DNA from: an uncultured archaeon
Lineage (GTDB): Archaea > Asgardarchaeota > Thorarchaeia > Thorarchaeales > Thorarchaeaceae
NCBI GenBank assembly: GCA_964558645.1
Contig: CAZLEV010000005.1
Coordinates: forward strand, 64,001-128,000
DNA length: 64,000 bases
Reading direction: 5' to 3'
The notes under the pieces are model-generated. The model was not told the origin of the DNA. It saw only the letters and a list, made by a program, of their open reading frames with translations, and made no database searches. Positions 1-8,538 of the stretch are shown piece by piece (the stretch's first letter is position 1; each line of letters opens with the position of its first letter). The translations under genes and the position numbers were made by a program.

Positions 1-771
1 TTTGAAGCAGTCACCAAGCTCCCGATATAGAGTGCTCATGGCATGATAGGCAATATCAAGCCCCACGAAGTCACCCAAGGTGAATGGACCAGCCGGAAAC
101 TTCGCCTTTGTGGTCATTGCGGAGTCAATCTCCTCTTTGGTTGCCACCCCGTCCTCATACAGGAGTATTGCCTCTCTAAGAACGGGCATGAGAATGCGAT
201 TCACTATGAAACCCGGGCTGTCCTTGGCCTTCACAGGAATCTTTCCCTGCTTTTTGCCCACAGCCATGGCGGTTTCGATTGTTTCATCACTGGTCTTCTC
301 ACCAATCACCACTTCAATCAGCTTCATGGCCGCGACTGGAGAGAAGTAGTGCATACCAATGAACTTCTCTGGTCGCTTTGTTGCGCTAGCCAGCTCATCG
401 ATACTAAGTGAAGAGGTATTGGTAGCAAGTATGGTCTTTTCGGGAGCCTTCTCATCAACCTCAGCAAAGACCTTCTTCTTGACCTCCATATTCTCAAAGA
501 TGGCCTCAATCACGAGATCTGCATCTTTGACTGCTTCTTCTGTGTCAGTCGTCGCATGGAGCTTGCTCATCAAGCTCTCAGCCTCCGGAAGGCTAATCTT
601 GCCCTTTTCAATGCCCGTCATGACATCAGAGCGAATCCGCTCCATGCCCTTGTCCAGTATGTCCTGTTTAATGTCTACCAGTGTGACATCGTAGCCCTGC
701 CACGCCGAGACATAAGCAATTCCTGAACCCATGAGGCCGGAACCTATGACGGCAATGCGTTTTACATCCAC
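1..771 (-). CDS. hbd: 3-hydroxyacyl-CoA (3-hydroxybutyryl-CoA) dehydrogenase, 3' end runs off the window
   Basis: Not in the ORF track. Manual translation gives (M)DVKRIAVIGSGLMGSGIA (Rossmann GxGxxG), DADLVIEAIFE, LATNTSSL, GMHYFSP, PGFIVNRIL and GPFTLGDFVGLD. GGAGG SD at 780-784 lies upstream of GTG at 771. Confidence 0.93.
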   Translation of the reverse strand, partial: MDVKRIAVIGSGLMGSGIAYVSAWQGYDVTLVDIKQDILDKGMERIRSDVMTGIEKGKISLPEAESLMSKLHATTDTEEAVKDADLVIEAIFENMEVKKKVFAEVDEKAPEKTILATNTSSLSIDELASATKRPEKFIGMHYFSPVAAMKLIEVVIGEKTSDETIETAMAVGKKQGKIPVKAKDSPGFIVNRILMPVLREAILLYEDGVATKEEIDSAMTTKAKFPAGPFTLGDFVGLDIAYHAMSTLYRELGDCFK

Positions 772-783
772 GCTCAGCACCTC

Positions 784-1143
784 CTAGAAAGCGCCGGTCA
801 TGGCTTCAAGGATGAGATTTGCCAAAGGATTGCTTTCATGAGCATTGCCGATAACAACAAGACTGCCATCCTTCATGGTATCTCTGAACGGGGTTTCTCC
901 TGTGAAGATTCCCAAGATAGTCTCCGCACTGGCCTTATAGACCACGTCAGGGCTTGGATACACACCATCATGGAGGGTCATCCCATCTTTCGTGATGACT
1001 ATGTACTGATCGCCCTCGTTCGTGTGAAGCTGCAGTACCTTACCATCGTATGGCCCTACCCATTCTGCCAGGGTTTCCTTGAGATTTGGCTTGTCGCGGA
1101 CTTGTGCCATCAGGAATTGGAAGAATTCTTGTAATTGTGTCAC
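784..1143 (-). CDS. SCP2 sterol/lipid-binding domain protein
   Basis: 119 aa with the SCP2-like C-terminus PDVVYKASAETILGIFTGE...MKDGSLVVIGN; adjacent to a beta-oxidation gene. Confidence 0.75.
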   Translation of the reverse strand: MTQLQEFFQFLMAQVRDKPNLKETLAEWVGPYDGKVLQLHTNEGDQYIVITKDGMTLHDGVYPSPDVVYKASAETILGIFTGETPFRDTMKDGSLVVIGNAHESNPLANLILEAMTGAF

Positions 1144-1148
1144 TTTTC

Positions 1149-1421
1149 TCAGTCCTCCTTTTGCATCCAGTCTTCAATTGCCTCGTGGACTGCAGCATCT
1201 ACTGAACTTGCCCACATGTTTCCCATCCGTTCCTTGATCTTTTCAAGAAATGCGTCATACTTGTCGCCTTCCATGAGCAGAACAATCCGGCCCTTTCGGT
1301 CGTTAAGAAAGGCCTGGTGAGCCATCTTCTTTGTTGTCCAATACTCGTGCTCAATGTCACCTTCCTTAAGTCTTGGGTAGAATGGCCATTCTCCAGTGGG
1401 ATGATCTCTGTACTTCGCCAT
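1149..1421 (-). CDS. Small hypothetical protein: N-terminal WPF motif plus C-terminal RHH-like segment
   Basis: ATG at 1421 overlaps the upstream stop (TAATG) and has a GGAGG SD. C-terminus RIVLLMEGDKYDAF...AAVHEAIEDWM is RHH-like. Confidence 0.65.
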   Translation of the reverse strand: MAKYRDHPTGEWPFYPRLKEGDIEHEYWTTKKMAHQAFLNDRKGRIVLLMEGDKYDAFLEKIKERMGNMWASSVDAAVHEAIEDWMQKED

Positions 1422-1684
1422 TATTCCTTCCTCCATTTTTCAACAAGGTCGCCTGTAGCTTCCATGAAGCCGGGTCTGAAAGGCCACTGCACAACGTAGC
1501 GCATGCCCTTCACGCCATCAACCTCACCCTTGGACCATCTGCCCGTATAGACACGAGATCCTGTGTTGTTACAGAACATATTCATTACGACTTCAATGAA
1601 GCCCTCCGGCGTCAGATTTGCCTCATCAGCTAGCTCTACCATCTTCGCCTCTGTTTCTTTGTCAAAGTCAACCTCCATGCTCAT
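1421..1684 (-). CDS. Small hypothetical protein: N-terminal RHH-like segment plus C-terminal WPF motif
   Basis: ATGA overlap with the nitroreductase stop and a GGAGG SD. MEVDFDKETEAKMVELADEANLTPEGFIEVVM resembles a CopG-type RHH. Confidence 0.65.
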   Translation of the reverse strand: MSMEVDFDKETEAKMVELADEANLTPEGFIEVVMNMFCNNTGSRVYTGRWSKGEVDGVKGMRYVVQWPFRPGFMEATGDLVEKWRKE

Positions 1685-2448
1685 TCCTCCTTCCTGAATG
1701 CCATCCGCTTGTATGGATAGCCCCAACGCTCCTGGTACATCAGGCCCTCCAATGGGGGTCTGCTCGGACCAAGCTGCCGTGCCTGTATAGGCACTCCAAC
1801 ACAGAAGGCTGTCAGGGGCGTCCAGATAGGTGGAAGCCCAAGACGATCTCGTAGCAGCTCAGCATGCCTTGGATCTGAACATACAAGCGCCTCATATCCA
1901 CAGCCATAGCCAAGCTCTGTGGCAACCAGCCACATGTTCTGAACAGCCATTCCTGCAACGACCGATCCAAAGAGCTCGTTGGGATAGAGATAGCCAGCAT
2001 CATGCCACGACTCGCTAGCACATACCACAATGCATGTGTCGCTTTTTTCCGGATAGCGGAAGAGCTCGCCATCTCTGAGACGAGCATACACTGCAGCACG
2101 ATAGGGGTCAGTGATGAACCAGTTGCGGCCGCTTGTGAGCTCAAAGGGAGCTCCGCCAAAGGCCGTCTGTGCCATCTCTTGTGCGATGTCGGCCAAGAAT
2201 TCCTTTGTTTCTTGGTCGTCGCGAATCACGACGAACCTGATCATCAACATATTCTCCGGACTTGGCGCATGCCGCGCAGCATCGAGAATCATCTCAATGT
2301 GTTCGTCCGGGATTTTCTCACCTGTGAACTCTCGGATAGAACGCCTACTTCGGACAAGCCTGACCGAATCAAGCTCCTGAACGGTCTGCGTGTCATCAAT
2401 GGGTTCTCCTGAAGAGTCCGTCTTTTTCTCTGTGGTTCCTCCAGACAT
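1681..2448 (-). CDS. Nitroreductase family flavoprotein
   Basis: RRSIREF, ARHAPSPEN and MAVQNMWLVATELGYG are nitroreductase FMN-binding motifs. Confidence 0.9.
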   Translation of the reverse strand: MSGGTTEKKTDSSGEPIDDTQTVQELDSVRLVRSRRSIREFTGEKIPDEHIEMILDAARHAPSPENMLMIRFVVIRDDQETKEFLADIAQEMAQTAFGGAPFELTSGRNWFITDPYRAAVYARLRDGELFRYPEKSDTCIVVCASESWHDAGYLYPNELFGSVVAGMAVQNMWLVATELGYGCGYEALVCSDPRHAELLRDRLGLPPIWTPLTAFCVGVPIQARQLGPSRPPLEGLMYQERWGYPYKRMAFRKEE

Positions 2449-2485
2449 ATGATAAGACCACCTTAGTGTATCTAGTCGAATAACT

Positions 2486-2500
2486 CCTCGTTCTACGAGG
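2486..2500. promoter_or_regulatory. Inverted repeat CCTCGT-TCT-ACGAGG, candidate operator of the nitroreductase-hbd operon
   Basis: Perfect 6-bp inverted repeat between an AT-rich TATA-like box (about 2504-2516) and the ATG at 2448. Confidence 0.3.
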
Positions 2501-2707
2501 GCACATAAATGTATATCGAGAAGAGGTTAGTGAGGGGGAAACGCAGTTGAAGCTCGCGGTAAGAAGAAGAAAAGGTATCGAAGCATGAAAGCTCCCCCAG
2601 ATCTCCGAGAATAACAGAGACCCAGATGTAGGTATTGCTGAGAATATAGGCAGAGTATTGGTTCAACTACACAAGCTGAAATATGGAGCGAGAATGTCGA
2701 TTTTTCG

Positions 2708-2738
2708 GGGCGCACTGGACTCCCGGCCCCGTGCGCTC
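2708..2738. terminator. GC-rich hairpin downstream of the acd/pta-like operon
   Basis: GGGCGCAC...GTGCGCTC stem flanked by T-runs on the + strand; function not established. Confidence 0.3.
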
Positions 2739-2790
2739 TGCTTATTTTGAAAGAACAGGACCATCCGGTCCAGTCTTGATACAGTGGGGA

Positions 2791-3855
2791 CTAGACACCG
2801 AAGCATTTGAAGTCAATTGCATTACCCACTATCCGCTGAACAACAGCAATCTTTTCCTTATCCGCAGGATGAACAGAGCCTATGAGACCATCCACAATCT
2901 GGCCTGTGGAATAGGTATCCTTGTCTGTCATCATCACCGGTATACCAAGCTCACGGGCTCGAGCCACGGTAGAGAAATCAGGCCCAAGTCCACCAGTCAG
3001 AATGAGAAGATTCGTATCAGTTTCCAAAGCTGCCTGACATAGGTCAGCACGATCTCCACTGGTTATGACAGCCTTGTCCTTTGCCCGTCGGAACCATTTC
3101 AATGCGTTCTCAGGAATCATGCTTCCCACCACAAACTCGGGAATCAGAACGTCCAGCTTTTCTTCACCTAGAATCATCTGCCCATCAAGGGCGCGAAGAA
3201 TATCCCGAATTGAAGGGCTAAACAGCTCCTTCTGGTGATATATTACGCCGCAGAAATGAACACCACTATCTTCAAGGAACTTGCTGATCTTCTCAGTTAC
3301 AGTATTCTTGAGCATGGGCGGAACCATGTTGAGAATGACGCCAATCTCTTCTACACCATGCTGTTTGAAGAAGTCCCGTTGCAAGAGCACATCATCGATT
3401 GCACTGATATCAGGAAAGTGGACAAGGCAGACAACTGAGGCATCTAGATTATTGGCAATCTGCGGAGTTGAGAGTCCAACGTGAAGAAGATCCCACGGGG
3501 CAGCCGTCCCCTCTATAAGGACATAGTCAGCACTCTTAGAAACCTTCTCGTAGCACCCCAAGATTCGCTCCAGTAGTTCGTCATGTCCCACTCGTAGCAG
3601 CTCGTCGTAACTGGACAGGCTACGTACAATCGGGCAGATACAATGCAGGTCTTCATCCATTTCGAGGACTTCTTTCATGAGTGCTGCATCCTCGTCAACA
3701 GCATGCTCGGTATCACTCAGAGTATAGCTCTTCTCACCAGCGGGCTTGAAATATGACACTTTCTTACCCTGGTCAGTCAGTTTCTTAGCAACAGCCAACG
3801 CAACAAGGGTCTTCCCGCTAAGGGTCTCTCCGCTGATCACTATGCTCTTTGCCAT
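2791..3855 (-). CDS. Phosphotransacetylase N-terminal-like protein (BioD-like P-loop plus DRTGG domain)
   Basis: SGKT P-loop, YFKP, LIEG, ITSGDRAD and LILTGG; typical partner of ADP-forming acetyl-CoA synthetase. Confidence 0.88.
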   Translation of the reverse strand: MAKSIVISGETLSGKTLVALAVAKKLTDQGKKVSYFKPAGEKSYTLSDTEHAVDEDAALMKEVLEMDEDLHCICPIVRSLSSYDELLRVGHDELLERILGCYEKVSKSADYVLIEGTAAPWDLLHVGLSTPQIANNLDASVVCLVHFPDISAIDDVLLQRDFFKQHGVEEIGVILNMVPPMLKNTVTEKISKFLEDSGVHFCGVIYHQKELFSPSIRDILRALDGQMILGEEKLDVLIPEFVVGSMIPENALKWFRRAKDKAVITSGDRADLCQAALETDTNLLILTGGLGPDFSTVARARELGIPVMMTDKDTYSTGQIVDGLIGSVHPADKEKIAVVQRIVGNAIDFKCFGV

Positions 3856-3856
3856 T

Positions 3857-5983
3857 TCATTCGCCCCCGATTGTTATCTTCACGTCAACCGCACAGATTC
3901 CCTCTCCTTGTTCGTAACCAAAGAGAGGGTTGATGTCTAGTTCGACAATCTCTTCGAAATCGGTCACCAGCTGACTGATCCTCAGTATCGTGTCATGGAG
4001 AGCCTTGAGATCACTAGGAGGCTCTCCTCGAACGCCCTTCAGAAGAGTCCCAATCTTGGTCTCGTCCACTAGCTCCTCAGCATCGGTACGAGTCATAGGA
4101 GCAAGTCGGAATGCCACGTCTTTCAGATAGTTTACGAAGATTCCACCTGCTCCAAACATGATGAGCGGGCCAAACTGAATGTCGCGAGAGCATCCAACGA
4201 TGAGTTCCTTTCCCTGCTCAGCCATCTCCTGCACATCTACTCCATAGATGATCGCCTTTGGTCGTTGTGACTTGGCGTTGTTGAAGATCTGGCGGAAGGC
4301 ATCCTCAACCTCCTGGGGAGTCTTAAGCCCTATTCGAATCCCGCCTATGTCACTCTTGTGTACAATATCTGGGCTTGCAATCTTCATGACGACAGGGAAA
4401 CCAAGCTCCTCTGCGATCCCCTTTGCTTCTTCCGGGCTGGTAGCCAGACGCATCTTTGCAACAGAGATGCCGTATGCCTCAGCAATGGCATGAGCCTCGC
4501 TTCCAAGTAGAACACGCCGTCCATCTTCGCGGACTTTCTCAATGATTGCCTTCACAGCCTCTGTGTCGGCCTTGAAATGGGGAATTGCCTCGTCCTTCAG
4601 ACTGTCACGCCTTACTGTGTAGTGGTACAATTCAGCAAGAGCATTGACAGCCCTCTTCGGGAAGTCGAAATCGGGAATCTTCCCCTCGGTCAGTACTATT
4701 CGCGGGTACACCATGCTGTTCCCGCCCATGAATACTGCAAGCAACGGCTTTTCAGGATACTTCTGGTTGGCTTCCACCAGTGCTTGAGCGGTCTCAGTCA
4801 CCTGAGTCATTGCCTGAGGGGTCAGTAGAACAATGACTGAATCAACGTTCTCATCTCTGAGCGCTGCCTCTACACAGAGCTTGTAGTCTTCTGCACTTGC
4901 AGTCCCGAGAGCGTCGATAGGATTGTACACCGCAGCTGCAGGAGGGAGATTCTCTTTGAGATGCTTGATTGTGACTTGCGAGAGCTGTGCGACCTCTAAC
5001 CCGCTGGCCTCGCACGCATCAGTAGTCAATATGCCCGGGCCACCTGCATTGGTCACGATAGCAACCCTATTTCCTGCTGGAAGAGACATCTCATCGTAGA
5101 CGTTGGCTACATCGAAGAGCTCGGACATGCTGTCTGCTCGGCTGACTCCCACTTGCTTAAATGCAGTTTCATAGGCTGTATCACTGCCGGCCAGAGAACC
5201 GGTGTGGGACGAGGCGGCTCGTGCCCCGGCCTCACTAACCCCAGATTTCACCACAAAGATTGGCTTCTTGGGAACCACTTTCTTACAGACTTCCATGAAC
5301 TTCCTACCATCAACAACCGATTCAATGTAGAGAAGAATGAAGCTTGAATTGGGGTCTCGTCCAAAAGCCTCTATGAAGTCAGCTTCGTCAAGATGGGCCT
5401 TATTCCCCAAGCTGACAAACTTCGAGAACCCAATCTTCTCCATAAGGCTCCAGTCGAGAATTCCTGTCATAAGAGCTCCGGACTGTGAGGCAAACGCAAT
5501 GGTTCCCTTCAGAGGGGTACCTGCTGAGAACGAGGCATTGTAGGGTCGATGCATATTCATAAACCCAAGACAATTTGGACCTTGAATGACCATGCCATAT
5601 TTCTCAGCCAGCTCCACTAGCTTCTTCTCTGCCTCTTGCCCCTCGTGCCCAACCTCCTTGAACCCAGCTGAGATTATGACTAGGGCCTTTACTCCCTTCC
5701 TTCCGCACTCCTCGACAACAGTCAAGACAAACTTGGCGGGAATGACTATTACAGCCACGTCTACGTCGCTGGAGATATCACTTACCTTGCGATGTACTTG
5801 GTGATTAAGAATCTCTCCGCCCTTTGGGTTAATGAGATACAACCTGCCGTCAAACCCGCTGTCAATTATGTTTCGGACGACATCGTTACCCAGCTTTCCC
5901 CTCGTTGAAGATGCACCAATCACTGCGATCGACCGGGGATTGAATAAAACATCAATTCCTTCTTGCCTGTTCACGTCCGACAC
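3857..5983 (-). CDS. acdAB: Acetate--CoA ligase (ADP-forming), fused alpha/beta
   Basis: PRSIAVIGAS, GPNCLG, SQSGA, SHTGSLAG (phospho-His), NAGGPG, HKSDIGG and ELDINPL. Confidence 0.95.
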   Translation of the reverse strand: MSDVNRQEGIDVLFNPRSIAVIGASSTRGKLGNDVVRNIIDSGFDGRLYLINPKGGEILNHQVHRKVSDISSDVDVAVIVIPAKFVLTVVEECGRKGVKALVIISAGFKEVGHEGQEAEKKLVELAEKYGMVIQGPNCLGFMNMHRPYNASFSAGTPLKGTIAFASQSGALMTGILDWSLMEKIGFSKFVSLGNKAHLDEADFIEAFGRDPNSSFILLYIESVVDGRKFMEVCKKVVPKKPIFVVKSGVSEAGARAASSHTGSLAGSDTAYETAFKQVGVSRADSMSELFDVANVYDEMSLPAGNRVAIVTNAGGPGILTTDACEASGLEVAQLSQVTIKHLKENLPPAAAVYNPIDALGTASAEDYKLCVEAALRDENVDSVIVLLTPQAMTQVTETAQALVEANQKYPEKPLLAVFMGGNSMVYPRIVLTEGKIPDFDFPKRAVNALAELYHYTVRRDSLKDEAIPHFKADTEAVKAIIEKVREDGRRVLLGSEAHAIAEAYGISVAKMRLATSPEEAKGIAEELGFPVVMKIASPDIVHKSDIGGIRIGLKTPQEVEDAFRQIFNNAKSQRPKAIIYGVDVQEMAEQGKELIVGCSRDIQFGPLIMFGAGGIFVNYLKDVAFRLAPMTRTDAEELVDETKIGTLLKGVRGEPPSDLKALHDTILRISQLVTDFEEIVELDINPLFGYEQGEGICAVDVKITIGGE

Positions 5984-6143
5984 AACCTATTGAACGATAC
6001 CACACACGAAGTGCCAATGAATAGCAGATATAACTTCTCTCCTGACGGCCATGTCACTTAACCAAATAGAATGAATGAAGAGGAGACTCTTTTCCTCAAA
6101 CTTCAATCGTGCCACCTGTGTGGTTTTGCTCTCACCAAGACCA

Positions 6144-6192
6144 AGTATTAACCCGGTATTACTAGCATCCATATTGGAGTATGACAGTCATA
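6144..6192 (+). promoter_or_regulatory. Promoter region of the RHH gene: AGTATTA, GGTATTA and the palindrome TATGAC-A-GTCATA
   Basis: AGTATTA at 6144-6150; GGTATTA at 6155-6161; perfect inverted repeat at 6180-6192. Confidence 0.35.
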
Positions 6193-6269
6193 AGACCGAG
6201 ATGAGTACCGGGGTGACCCCTCAATGATGCTTCCTTGTGAAGGACACCCCGAACGTAAGGTGAGAGAAC

Positions 6270-6410
6270 ATGAAGCTAGTGACATTGCACGTACCTGAGA
6301 CGTACATTGACGGTCTAGAGAAACTTGTTGACAGCAACCTCTACCCCAACAGGTCGGAGGCCATCAGGATAGCGATCAGAGATCTGCTCAAGAGAGAACT
6401 CTGGGGCTAG
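6270..6410 (+). CDS. Ribbon-helix-helix (CopG/Arc/MetJ) regulator, CdrS/aCcr1-like
   Basis: Below the ORF-track cutoff. Translates as MKLVTLHVPETYIDGLEKLVDSNLYPNRSEAIRIAIRDLLKRELWG; AGGTGA SD upstream. Confidence 0.9.
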   Translation: MKLVTLHVPETYIDGLEKLVDSNLYPNRSEAIRIAIRDLLKRELWG

Positions 6411-6549
6411 GCGTCAACCGGGGCCAATCAAAGTTCACGGGATGCTGAGCTAGGAAATATTAATAGTGTATCTTAGCTCATAGTATATCTGGTGGGGTTC
6501 TGAAATTTCAATTGAGAACCCATGCCAGAATGCTATCGAGTTCCTAGCT

Positions 6550-7527
6550 ATGAACGCGACCACCCCCCTGCTCGTCCAGTCAGAAAATGGTCTGATGCGC
6601 CTGGTCAGGGGATGTCCCTGTTACATGGAATTCGGAAGAGAGAAGGTCTGCATCAATGACGACACCATAAGCCCTATCCGATCGATAGAAGTAGACCCTT
6701 CACTCATAATCAACTCATATTCGCTGAGAGATATCTTGGGCGGCAATGGAGAACCTAGAGAAACCTGCTATCTTCTAATTCATCTCGAAGACAGTGACGA
6801 TACGGTGTACTGTGTCAGTCAGTCACGCATGATAACAATAAACAAGACTCCAGTCAAGGCCACAGACATAGAGCAAGGTCTCGAGTTCCTAGCAAGAACT
6901 GAACCAACCGATGACGGAGTACTGTGCTCTACATGCCTCTACAAGTATCTGAAGACCACGAGCAGCAATTTCAACAACATCGTTTCTGATGAGGAAAAGA
7001 CTGAGGCCCTGTGCAGATATGTCAAGAGATTCTCGACCATGATGGCCTCTGGAGGAACTAACATCAATTATTTTCCCGACAACCCCGGCACGAATGCAGT
7101 CGAACAACGCATCAAAGAACTCAGAATCGAGAAACAAAAGATCTCATCTAAAGCATTGGGCACCGAGAAGGAAGGCCAAGTTCTTGCTGTATTGAACAGT
7201 GTTGTTCGTCTGGAGTCCGTCTTCTACTACCACGTTCTGGATGTCTGGGAAACCAGAGATCCTGCCGATATGGTAGAGGGCCTTCATGTTCTCAACAGCA
7301 TAACAGAGAGTCTGATGTCCACCGCGGACGAGGCCTGCAGAACAATATCAGATTCAATCAGCGATGAGAACCTTAACCTTGGTGATGTATTCCACCTTCT
7401 CTCTCGGAAGCAGGAAGAGGCAAAGAGAAACACCCGACAACTAAGGGGATTGAGCAGCATGCTTTCGGGAGCTGGCTTTTCAGACACAGGCAAAAGTCCT
7501 AATACGCTGGATGCAAGAAGGTCATAG
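6550..7527 (+). CDS. Uncharacterised Cys-rich protein (paralogue 1, RGCPCY family)
   Basis: 325-aa ORF that shares multiple motifs with the downstream ORF. Confidence 0.8.
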   Translation: MNATTPLLVQSENGLMRLVRGCPCYMEFGREKVCINDDTISPIRSIEVDPSLIINSYSLRDILGGNGEPRETCYLLIHLEDSDDTVYCVSQSRMITINKTPVKATDIEQGLEFLARTEPTDDGVLCSTCLYKYLKTTSSNFNNIVSDEEKTEALCRYVKRFSTMMASGGTNINYFPDNPGTNAVEQRIKELRIEKQKISSKALGTEKEGQVLAVLNSVVRLESVFYYHVLDVWETRDPADMVEGLHVLNSITESLMSTADEACRTISDSISDENLNLGDVFHLLSRKQEEAKRNTRQLRGLSSMLSGAGFSDTGKSPNTLDARRS

Positions 7528-7547
7528 GCACAGAGGAGGTCAGAGCG

Positions 7548-8519
7548 ATAGTCTTAGGAGAGAATGAACCCCAGAAGACTGAGTCCATCAGGCTAGTTCG
7601 AGGGTGCCCTTGCTACAAGGTATTCGGGGACGAGAAGCTCTGTGTAAATGATGACATCATCAGAGAGATGAATGTCATTCCAACCCATCCTAATCTGTTT
7701 GCGTTTCATTCGGACAAGGAGGGAATGGAACAAGAAAGGGCAGAAGAAGAGGACATCTGCTATTGCTCGATCTACATCAACTATCCAGACAATAGAGTAT
7801 ACTGCATCTCACAGGGGTGGGTCATCCGAATCCATGGGAAAGACGTACCAGCCTCAGACCTGGAAGATGCCCTACAATTCCTCTCCACGAAGGATTTGAA
7901 CGATAGCGCAGAGATATGCTCAGAATGCTTGTACAAGTTCCTCCTCACGCTTGCAGATACATTTGCAGATGCCATGACTCGGAAGGAGAAGACTGACGAG
8001 ATCAAGAGATACGTGGACAAGTTCTCGCTTATGATAGCAATCAAACACAGCCAGATGGACGAACAGATGGAAACAATCGGCAAGGAGGAGGACATCGAAG
8101 AAGACACCGATCACTTTGCCTTCCTCAGAGGATACCTGGTGCAGTTGATGGAGCAGCAGAACCGGTTCTCAAATCTACACAGTGATCTGAGATCTGAGGG
8201 AGCTGACCAATGGGTACTTCAGCTGGTAGAAATGCGAGAGAAGTTGGCTCGTCTTGAGTATCAGTTCTATAGCCAGACTCTATTACTGCGAGTCGTCAAT
8301 GACTTTAATCTCCTTCTCAAGATGCTATCCTTCATTCTGAAGACATCAGATGAGATACTACATATCAACGAGAGAATCCATGAAGAGATTCTATCAGAGA
8401 GGTTCAATGCCTTGGTAAGAAAGGACAAGCGCTTCGTGGGGCTCAAATCCTACGCTGAGAAGAGCCGCACAGTTGAGCACAACTTCGGTAACATACTCCA
8501 GATCCTATCAAGACTCTAA
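7548..8519 (+). CDS. Uncharacterised Cys-rich protein (paralogue 2, RGCPCY family); probable ATA start
   Basis: The track starts it at 7668, but the same frame upstream encodes IRLVRGCPCYKVFGDEKLCVNDD, homologous to paralogue 1. GGAGGT at 7535-7540 precedes an in-frame ATA at 7548. Confidence 0.78.
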   Translation: MVLGENEPQKTESIRLVRGCPCYKVFGDEKLCVNDDIIREMNVIPTHPNLFAFHSDKEGMEQERAEEEDICYCSIYINYPDNRVYCISQGWVIRIHGKDVPASDLEDALQFLSTKDLNDSAEICSECLYKFLLTLADTFADAMTRKEKTDEIKRYVDKFSLMIAIKHSQMDEQMETIGKEEDIEEDTDHFAFLRGYLVQLMEQQNRFSNLHSDLRSEGADQWVLQLVEMREKLARLEYQFYSQTLLLRVVNDFNLLLKMLSFILKTSDEILHINERIHEEILSERFNALVRKDKRFVGLKSYAEKSRTVEHNFGNILQILSRL

Positions 8520-8538
8520 TTGAAAGCGGCCGTGTTTC

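Noticed and set aside
2547-2750. Plus-strand frame with a single in-frame TGA (2586), a possible selenoprotein
   Set aside because: No redox motif around the TGA, no similarity to a known selenoprotein family and no recognisable SECIS; likely chance.
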